A stretch of DNA of 64,000 nucleotides from Macrostomum lignano (lineage: Eukaryota): positions 88,768 through 152,767 of the forward strand of contig NIVC01001939.1 of NCBI GenBank assembly GCA_002269645.1. The letters run 5' to 3'. The notes under the pieces were generated by a model that saw nothing but the letters and a program-made list of their open reading frames with translations, made no database searches and was not told the DNA's origin. A program made the position numbers and the translations under genes. This document shows, in pieces, positions 53,261 through 64,000 of this stretch. Position 1 is the stretch's first letter, and every line of letters begins with the position of its first letter.

Positions 53261-53410
53261 GCAGGAGGGCTGCGGGCACCCTGTGGCGCAACGCCTTTGG
53301 CGACATTGTCACGCCAATTTGCGTGCACACGAGCCCTCAGATGAATGCGAACGCGCTCGGAATCGAACCAGGGGTCCCCATCTCGAATGCTAGGTTCCCT
53401 GTCCCCTGGT
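53261..53410 (-). mobile_element. Short tRNA-derived SINE sharing the family B 3' tail
   Basis: B-box GGTTCGATTCC (53358-53368). Tail GTGACAATGTCGC..TGCGCCACAGGGTGC..CCCTCCTGC matches 53060-53108. Confidence 0.6.
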
Positions 53411-55109
53411 CTCGAGATAAAATTTGTTTAAGCGGTCAGCTCACCTGCCTGCATTGCTTAATCTTTGCTCACCAGCCTTACAGACGCCCCGTGTGAGCAA
53501 ACAGTTTGAGCTCGCAGTCCCGGGGGGGGGGGGCGGCCAGGCAGGCAAACACGGCATGCATTGACTGTAATTAAAAGGCCTTTCCCATATCTATGATACC
53601 TCAGTCATCAAGCCACATCCGTTATGAGGCCCTTCGCTCGGCATCTCCACTTCCTTTATCCCGTTTTAATTAGGCCATCGATTCCCTTCCTTCGCTTGCC
53701 TGAGCCCAGGCTAGCACAAGATGTCATGTCTGCTCAGCTTCCGATAGCTAATATACGGAACACCCAGTCTCAACCCTCCACCCCACAAATTAAGCGAATG
53801 TTTGCCTTAGGGGTAGCAACTGCTCAACGCAATGTGCCAGCATGATATACTCATAAAAGCAGTTTTATGGCTTCAACTAAACATGCAGGTTTCAAAATCT
53901 AATATATATACCTTGAGCAAAAATTATTTGAAGATTTACATTGTAGAACTTTTTCTAATCAAAGAATCTACTTTTAGAAGAAGTAGTTATGACGAGTTTC
54001 ATAACTTTAGACACGAAAGAAATGATTTTTCACAAGCTCCTCTCTCTACTCCTCACGCAACCTGCACGCGACGACCATGACCTTAATCCCAAATCCCTCC
54101 CTCTGAGCGTCTTCTTCTCCCATCCAATCGATCCACTTATCTAGTCAAAGTAAATTTGAGCCAAAGAAATTACCAATTACCAACAGTCAGACAGGTGTGT
54201 CAGATAGTAAGTATAAGACTTGTCTCAATGCCTCAAAGCAAGTCTCTATATATCTGCAGGCTATAAAAAGCATCTGTGTCCTTCTGAGCAAATTTCCACA
54301 TACATGAGCTCTGTATTGAATATGCTGACTGCATGGGGGGGGCATTAACGATTCAAACGAGGTATCCGTCAGCTGTTGTCGTGCTCACAGAAATTTTTTT
54401 GCATTTTACACCCGAATTGACAGCTCGCTTCTCCCTAAACTGCTCATTTGCATCTCAATCAGCTAACAATTATTATTTCAGCGACAACAGGGGAGCTCAA
54501 TTTGATAAGCACGCACACAAAGAGAGGCTGCTGCTGAGCGGGAAGATAAGAATGCTGCATGGCAGTCTGCAATACGCATCTTGTCGAGAGAGGACACTTA
54601 GTAGTGAGGGGAAGGTAAATCTGGCGGAAAAATGCAATCGCAGATTAATTAAGACTTATCAGAACCGCTCGACAGTGTAGAGTAATAAAATAATAAGACC
54701 ACACTTTTAACAGCCTCTGCTTAGCCCATCGTATTACCTTACCGCGAATATCTTGGGACATGCCTGGGTTTCGGGAAGACAAGAACTTGTAGCTTTAGCG
54801 CGGCTCGTCCATAATTTTTTGCTACTGCTGCCACACTAATTAACAAAGAGATACGATGGGAGCCGCGGGACTGACTGTTGTTTTGAAATACACCGAGCTG
54901 ACTCGTTGGCTGACTCATTATTGGGGCTGAGCGAGTACCGGTAAGATCGCTACAATAATCTGCAAGAATGAATACGAAGCACTTAATACTAATAATATAC
55001 CTTAGCAAAGATAGGTTTGCTAACTTTATCGCTTTAGAAAATACGACAAACGGAACAAATATTTACTGTCCGATTAAGGTTAACTATGAGTATATTTCCA
55101 TCCATTCAT

Positions 55110-56420
55110 GCAGGTAAACTAACCTCTGATCCTATTGAGACAGGCAAACTAACCTCTGATCCTATTGAGACAGGTAAACTAACCTCTGATCCTATTGAGA
55201 CAGGTAAACTAACCTCTGATCCTATTGAGACAGGTAAACTAACCTCTGATCCTATTGAGACAGGTAAACTAACCTCTGATCCTATTGAGACAGGCAAACT
55301 AACCTCTGATCCTATTGAGACAGGTAAACTAACCTCTGATCCTATTGAGACAGGTAAACTAACCTCTGATCCTATTGAGACAGGTAAACTAACCTCTGAT
55401 CCTATTGAGACAGGTAAACTAACCTCTGATCCTATTGAGACAGGTAAACTAACCTCTGATCCTATTGAGACAGGTAAACTAACCTCTCAGATCTTATTGA
55501 GACAGGTAAACTAATCTCTCAGATCTTATTGAGACAGGTAAACTAACCTCTGATCCTATTGAGACAGGTAAACTAACCTCTGATCCTATTGAGACAGGTA
55601 AACTAACCTCTGATCCTATTGAGACAGGTAAACTAACCTCTCAGATCTTATTGAGACAGGTAAACTAATCTCTCAGATCTTATTGAGACAGGTAAACTAA
55701 CCTCTCAGATCTTATTGAGACAGGTAAACTAATCTCTCAGATCTTATTGAGACAGGTAAACTAATCTCTCAGATCTTATTGAGACAGGTAAACTAACCTC
55801 TCAGATCTTATTGAGACAGGTAAACTAATCTCTCAGATCTTATTGAGACAGGTAAACTAACCCCTCAGATCTTATTGAGACAGGTAAACTAACCTTTCAG
55901 ATCTTATTGAGACAGGTAAACTAACCTCTCAGATCTTATTGAGACAGATAAAATAACCTCTTAGATCTTATTGAGACAGGTAAACTAACCCCTCAGATCT
56001 TATTGAGACAGGTAAACTAACCCCTCAGATCTTATTGAGACAGGTAAACTAACCTCTCAGATCTTATTGAGACAGATAAAATAACCTCTCAGATCTTATT
56101 GAGACAGGTAAACTAACCCCTCAGATCTTATTGAGACAGGTAAACTAACCCCTCAGATCTTATTGAGACAGGTAAACTAACCCCTCAGATCTTATTGAGA
56201 CAGGTAAACTAACCCCTCATATCTTATTGAGACAGGTAAACTAACCCCTCAGATCCTATTGAGACAGATAAACTAACCTCTTAGATCTTATTGAGACAGG
56301 CAAACTAACCTCTCAGATCTTATTGAGACAGGCAAACTAACCTCTCAGATCTTATTGAGACAGGTAAACTAACCTCTCAGATCCTACTGGGACAGGTAAA
56401 CTAACCTCTCAGACCCTTTG
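55110..56420. repeat. 30-bp grading to 32-bp minisatellite
   Basis: GAGACAGGTAAACTAACCTCTGATCCTATT, then GAGACAGGTAAACTAACCTCTCAGATCTTATT. Confidence 0.95.
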
Positions 56421-57394
56421 GAAACAGGTAAATTAGTTTTTAGCCAGTGGAAAAAGCAGCCAGATACAGCTTATTTTTAACAAAGAAAACATTGTTTCAA
56501 ACTCTTAAGTGTGCTCTAAAATAGCCACCTATGATTTTAACAATTAGCTGCATTTTTGCATATTGCGTCAACCAAAGCGGCCAAGAATGGGCAGCTCTCA
56601 GCCTCTCCAATCTACTGAAAAGCTGTCGTCTGTCTGTCTGTCTGTCAGTCAATCAGACGCTATCTAGCTTATTATACTGAGCCCAACTTTTGAATTGCAA
56701 TTGCAACTGCCGCCAACAACAACCTCCACCCCCACACGCATCCCAAAATGGCGGACCACAGCCGCCGCAGCAGCAGCCGCCTTTTTGGCGAGGCGGTGGG
56801 CCTTGTATCCAACGGGGCAGAAAATTGCTCAAATTTGCAACAACCCCCTTCCTTCTCCCAAACCCCTTGCCTTTGCTTGCTGTGAATGCATATATTGCAT
56901 ACCGGTATATTGAGATTATGCCGATGATGATGACGCTATATAACAAGCTGAGACGACAGGTCAACGCAGATGATAAGGGAGACTGGAGAAGAGTGGGGAT
57001 TCAGGGAGAGAGGGAGACAGACAGGAAGGCGATGACGGGCGGGGATCCGTCATGGGCTTTGAAAGGGCCGAGATCACCAGAGAGATGGAGAGAGCCAGAC
57101 GGGCAGGTTGTTCCGTCGGTGATGAGAGGGTGACAGAGGCAGATGTTACAGACAGGCACGCGATATCATGACTATCTGTCATGGTCGTTGACTCCTCATT
57201 ATAGGCTATGCGGCAAATTAAAAGGAAAATGGTTAATTACAAGTAAAAATTAAAAGCCTAACAATATGAGTTGGTGCCAATGCAATGCAATCGCAACGAG
57301 CCTGGCCAAGCGGAACAATTAAGTCTTACTAATGGTAACACTATTAGATTACATGTAATTTTAATGAAGCTGGTAAAGGTTAACTACAATTCAG

Positions 57395-58260
57395 TATCAT
57401 CTGGAACCGGTAAACTAAAAAAGTTGTCACCTGGAACCAGTAAACTACATGTACAATAGTTGTCATCTGGAACCGGTAAACTACATGTACAATAGATGTC
57501 ACCTGGAACCAGTAAACTACATGTACAATAGTTGTCATCTGGACCGGTAAACTACATGTACAATAGTTGTCACCTGGAACCGGTAAACTACATGTACAAT
57601 AGTTGTCATCTGGAACCGGTAAACTACAATAGTTGTCATCTGGAACCGGTAAACTACAATAGTTGTCATCTGGAACCGGTAAACTACATGTACAATAGTT
57701 GTCATCTGGAACCGGTAAACTACATGTACAATAGTTGTCATCTGGAACCGGTAAACTACATGTACAATAGTTGTCATCTGGAACCGGTAAACTACATGTA
57801 CAATAGTTGTCATCTGGAACCGGTAAACTACATGTACAATAGTTGTCATCTGGAACCGGTAAACTACATGTACAATAGTTGTCATCTGGAACCGGTAAAC
57901 TACATGTACAATAGTTGTCATCTGGAACCGGTAAACTACAATAGTTGTCATCTGGAACCGGTAAACTACATGTACAATAGTTGTCATCTGGAACCGGTAA
58001 ACTACATGTACAATAGTTGTCATCTGGAACCGGTAAACTACATGTAAAATAGATGTTATCTGGAACCGGTAAACTACAATAGTTGTCATCTGGAACCGGT
58101 AAACTACAATAGTTGTCATCTGGAACCGGTAAACTACAATAGTTGTCATCTGGAACCGGTAAACTACAATAGTTGTCACCTGGAACCGGTAAACTACAAT
58201 AGTTGTCACCTTGAACCGGTAAACTACAATAGTTGTCACCTGGAACCGGTACACTACAAT
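57395..58260. repeat. 36/27-bp minisatellite
   Basis: Unit GTCATCTGGAACCGGTAAACTAC(ATGTAC…)AATAGTT. Confidence 0.95.
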
Positions 58261-59084
58261 ACAAACTTACATATTTGATCGCGGAAAATAAGTGTAATCT
58301 AAGCTACACTTGAAAGCATCATTGATCCCAGCAAGCTAGATGTCCGAAAGCGGTAAATTAAACTTCAAATTACTGTGGTATCATTTGATACCGACAAGCT
58401 ACACATTTACCAGTCAGCCTGAGGATGTCTATGGCCAAAAGACTATTGATTCAGTGCAGTCAGCGAGCGGGGGGGAAGTGTTGAGATCTTCACTTGGTGC
58501 AGTTCTCAACTTGCATTATAGCCCTAACACGACAGTGCCAAATGACACCCAACGCCAGCATGTTGCAGTTCGAGAAGACATTCTCCAATATAGTCAAGTT
58601 AACCATGAATATAGCGTCACACCCTCACTTTTTGCGACGTGTAATCAACCGAATACCCAGAGGAGAGACTGGGCCAACAGCCGCACTTCGCCTTAAACTA
58701 TTTTCTGCTGCCTTAATAATTCAATCTCCCCACCAGCATGGCAGGCTGGGCATTAATCCGCTGTAATGTAATTATTGCCAGCCAGTCTGCCTTTGGAAAC
58801 TTGAGACCGCAGTTAGGCTAGGAAGACAGTTTAAGGCTTAGCGAGTTGTCCAATTTGCTTTTGCTCCAGCAGAACACTGGACAGCGGAATTCGCGGCATC
58901 AGCTACTGATGCCCAGTAGCAATGAAGAAACCTGTTGCCTGCAATCAGACTAATTCGCTATGACAGACAGCCATCTGTCATGGTTAATTTCTTCATTTCA
59001 GTCAGTTTGTTAAAGCATGGCGAAGCTTTGAGCGCTTTGAATAGGGAATATTGTAGTAGCAAACTGAAGGTAGATGAGCATGAT

Positions 59085-59945
59085 TAAGGAACCAGAGGGT
59101 AACAGGCTGCCTGACAGAATGAACCAGAGGGCAACAGGCCGTCTGACTGAAGGGACCAGAGGGTAACAGACTGTCTGGCTGAATGAATCAGAGGGTAACA
59201 GGCTGTCGGACCGAAGGAACCACAGGGTAACAGGCTGTCTGACTGAAGGAACCAGAGGGTAACAGGCTGTCTGACTGAAGGGACCAGAGGGTAACAGGCT
59301 GCCTGACTGAAGGGTCCATAGGGTAACAGGCTGCCTGACTGAATGAATCAGAGGGTAACAGACTGTCGAACCGAAGGGACCAGAGGGTAACAGGCTGCCT
59401 GACTGAAGGGTCCAGAGGGTAACAGGCTGCCTGACTGAATGAATCAGAGGGTAACAGACTGTCGAACCGAAGGGACCAGAGGGTAACAGGCTGTCTGACT
59501 GAAGGAACCAGAGGGTAACAGGCTGTCTGACTGAAGGGACCAGAGGGTAACAGGCTGCCTGACTGAAGGGTCCAGAGGGTAACAGGCTGCCTGACTGAAT
59601 GAATCAGAGGGTAACAGACTGTCGAACCGAAGGGACCAGAGGGTAACAGGCTGTCTGACTGAAGGGTCCAGAGGGTAACAGGCTGCCTGACTGAATGAAT
59701 CAGAGGGTAACAGACTGTCGAACCGAAGGGACCAGAGGGTAACAGGCTGTCTGACTGAAGGGACCAGAGGGTAACAGGCTGTCTGACTGAAGGGACCAGG
59801 GGGTTACAGGCTGTCTGACTGAAGGAACCAGAGGGTAACAGGCTGTCTGACTGAAGGGTCCAGAGGGTAACAGGCTGTCTGACTGAAAGGGACCAGAGGG
59901 TAACAGGCTGTCTGACTGAAGGGACCAGGGGGTTACAGGCTGACA
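59085..59945. repeat. 32-bp minisatellite with recurring variant blocks
   Basis: Unit GACCAGAGGGTAACAGGCTGTCTGACTGAAGG. Confidence 0.95.
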
Positions 59946-60629
59946 ACTAGCGAGTGAAGTACAGACAGACAGACATCTAAATCTCACTGAAGCAATTAAA
60001 TAGGCATTTCGGTGCAGTTGAAGTTGCAAAATTAAATAAACGAAAACAGAGCTATTGAAAAAAATTAATTGGGATAGAAAAACAAAACGCGTACTTATAT
60101 ATACACCGAATAAAACAATATTTATATTATTAAAAAATGAATCAACAGTGGTCATCGCTTGTTCACTATACTACTTATGGTAGCATCATACATCAATCCA
60201 TCAATTACACAAAGTTCAACAAAAAGTAAATTCCTTATCAGAGACGGTAACAGGGGGAACAGGAAACAGTAAACAGGAAAAATCATAAACATAAATGTGC
60301 AAAAGTCGAATTAGAAAACCATAATATGCGATTTGTTAGTGATATCGCATAGATTAGATACGTACAATCTTGTAGGAATCTGTGTCTTGGTGGATCCTTT
60401 AATTTTAACAATCCTATCAAATAAAACGGTACCTAAAGATCTACAATGACATATTGACAATATTGGTGCAAGAAATTCTACTACAATGGCAACTGCCTCG
60501 TGCAGTTGGTCTGCAGATTTGCTAAATTGTACTTTTACTTGAAGAATTTATTATACAGTAATTTTTACAATAGAAATGAGAACACTAAGGGTCGTGGGTC
60601 AAATAGGCTGGTGGACCAATAGGTTGGTA

Positions 60630-61390
60630 TGTGCAGTGGGGTGGTGGGTGCAATGGGGTGGTGTGTGCAATGGGGTGATGTGTGCAATGGGGTGATGTGT
60701 GCAATGGGGTGGTGTGTGCAATGGGGTGGTGTGTGCAATGGAGTGGTGGGTGCAATGGGGTGATGCGTGCAATGGGGTGGTGTGTGCAATGGGGTGATGT
60801 GTGCAGTGGGGTGGTGTGTGCAATGGGGTGATGTGTGCAATGGGGTGGTGTGTGCAGTGGGGTGATGCGTGCAATGGGGTGATGTGTGCAGTGGGGTGGT
60901 GTGTGCAATGGGGTGATGTGTGCAATGGGGTGGTGTGTGCAGTGGGGTGATGCGTGCAATGGGGTGATGCGTGCAATGGGGTGATGTGTGCAGTGGGGTG
61001 GTGTGTGCAATGGGGTGATGTGTGCAATGGGGTGGTGTGTGCAGTGGGGTGATGCGTGCAATGGGGTGATGTGTGCAATGGGGTGGTGTGTGCAGTGGGG
61101 TGGTGTGTGCAATGGGGTGATGTGTGCAATGGGGTGGTGTGTGCAGTGGGGTGGTGTGTGCAATGGGGTGATGTGTGCAATGGGGTGGTGTGTGCAGTGG
61201 GGTGGTGTGTGCAATGGGGTGATGTGTGCAATGGGGTGGTGTGTGCAGTGGGGTGGTGGGTGCAATGGGGTGATGTGTGCAGTGGGGTGATGTGTGCAAT
61301 GGGTGGTGTGTGCAATGGGGTGGTGGGTGTCATGGGGTGGTGGGTGCAATGGGGTGGTGTGTGCAATGGGGTGGTGGGTGTCATGGGGTG
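60630..61390. repeat. 17-bp minisatellite with a partial 51-bp higher-order period
   Basis: TGTGCAATGGGGTGATG and TGTGCAGTGGGGTGGTG variants. Confidence 0.95.
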
Positions 61391-61972
61391 CGGGAGCAAT
61401 GGCGTGGCGCGTGCTTCACTGTGATTTCGTTTTGTTACAACTGCAAAAACTTTAGAAGTTTTTAAAACCGATTGAAGACGGTTGTCTGTCTGTATCTGTT
61501 CACTAAGATTGTACAGTAATGCCATTGCTCAATCAGGCACATGTTTTCTTGACACATGTTTGACACTGCAAGCAACAGAGGCGTTAGGAAAGCAAGAGTT
61601 TTTTCACAACGTGTGAGCAATAATCTATAGGCAACCACGGAGTGGAAGAGCACAAATTAGGGAAAAATAATTAAGCAGCCTAATAGTTTGATCAAGCTTT
61701 GAAAAAAGTCCCATAGCTTTACATGTAATGTGGTTTTATGATTCTTGACTCAATTTAAAGAAAAATCTAGCCAGAATATAGCGTGTGGGTACTGAAAATC
61801 TGGAATACGCTAGTTAAATTAGTTTCTGGCGTATCACACTATTAAGAATCTATACTGTACCAGGCTTTACTAGGTTAGCTGCAAACAGAACGCAGCACGC
61901 TTATCGAACAGCTACTCAAATTAATACTTTGAATCCAATATCTATTTTTAAACAAAAAATTTGAGCCAAAAA

Positions 61973-63458
<1,486 letters not shown>

Positions 63459-63759
63459 CTGCAATGAGTTGCAGTGAGTGCAGAGATGTGCACAGGGTTA
63501 AAAGCCAAACTGCTGTTGAAAAGGGGTCGTTTTCACAAGTTCATAGAGCCCAAATAAAATTCTTAAATTGTCATCTAAGGGTATTGACTAGACAGGGTTT
63601 AAATATGTAGTAATAAATATTGGCATGAGGGCTGCGAAACGTCTTGGGCGACATCGTTCCACTGAAGAGACACATTTTGGCTCTAGAAAGCTCCCATCCA
63701 GATGGAATGTATTTTAACTGACGAATGCGCTCCAACTAGCAAAAGCTGAGGACACGACC

Positions 63760-63960
63760 CCAACCTCAACCAATGAAAAACAGTTATGTACCATCCGATG
63801 CGATCAAGACTGAAAAGCCCTATAAAAGCTCATGTTAACCAAGCAAGCAGCTCGTCTGGCCTCGCCTCTCTTTTCCTTCCTCGCCATTCTAGCTTACCTC
63901 CTTTGACTACTCTTGATTGACACTGCTAGGGTCTCAACCCAAACACTAAAACTGATAAAT
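63760..63960 (+). promoter_or_regulatory. CCAAT + TATA + AATAAA cassette (LTR-like or antisense promoter) inside a CYLD intron
   Basis: CCAAT at about 63770, CTATAAAAG at about 63820, pyrimidine-rich stretch ending GCCATTC, AATAAA at about 63968. No TG..CA ends identified. Confidence 0.25.
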
Positions 63961-64000
63961 TGACTCAATAAAACTAAAAACAACAACTAACCCACGTTCC

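Noticed and set aside
63620-63700. Penelope-type minimal hammerhead look-alike (GCATGAG-GGCTG-CGAAACGTC; CTGAAGA…GAAA)
   Set aside because: The CUGANGA core is broken in the first and the stem II closing pair is absent in the second. No stem I pairing was found.

Overview
Eukaryotic (metazoan) genomic DNA. The style (GC-rich CpG-rich exons, minisatellite-stuffed introns, some 74-91 nt introns) suggests a flatworm such as Macrostomum; this is inference. Three spliced genes were reconstructed by hand. (1) A complete GRK4/5/6-family G-protein-coupled receptor kinase on the minus strand, 10 coding exons, 25636->2637, about 588 aa. (2) A complete 7-cadherin-repeat non-clustered protocadherin on the plus strand, 8 exons, 33178->51237, about 1088 aa, ending ASSFV. 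(3) The 3' five exons (whole USP domain) of CYLD on the minus strand, 63458->61973. About a third of the window is more than 30 different tandem minisatellite arrays. Also present: tRNA-derived SINEs (one CORE-type and a second family sharing a 3' tail), a dead mariner fragment and an old foldback element. Most long ORFs in the supplied track are repeat artefacts. The most interesting unexplained structure is the intronic minisatellite system: arrays often abut splice sites, unit lengths lean toward multiples of about 10.5 bp, some units contain splice signals, one family recurs inverted 45 kb away, and arrays are nearly absent from CpG-depleted gene 5' regions. Three protocadherin introns are flanked by CAGGT direct repeats, a signature of intron gain.
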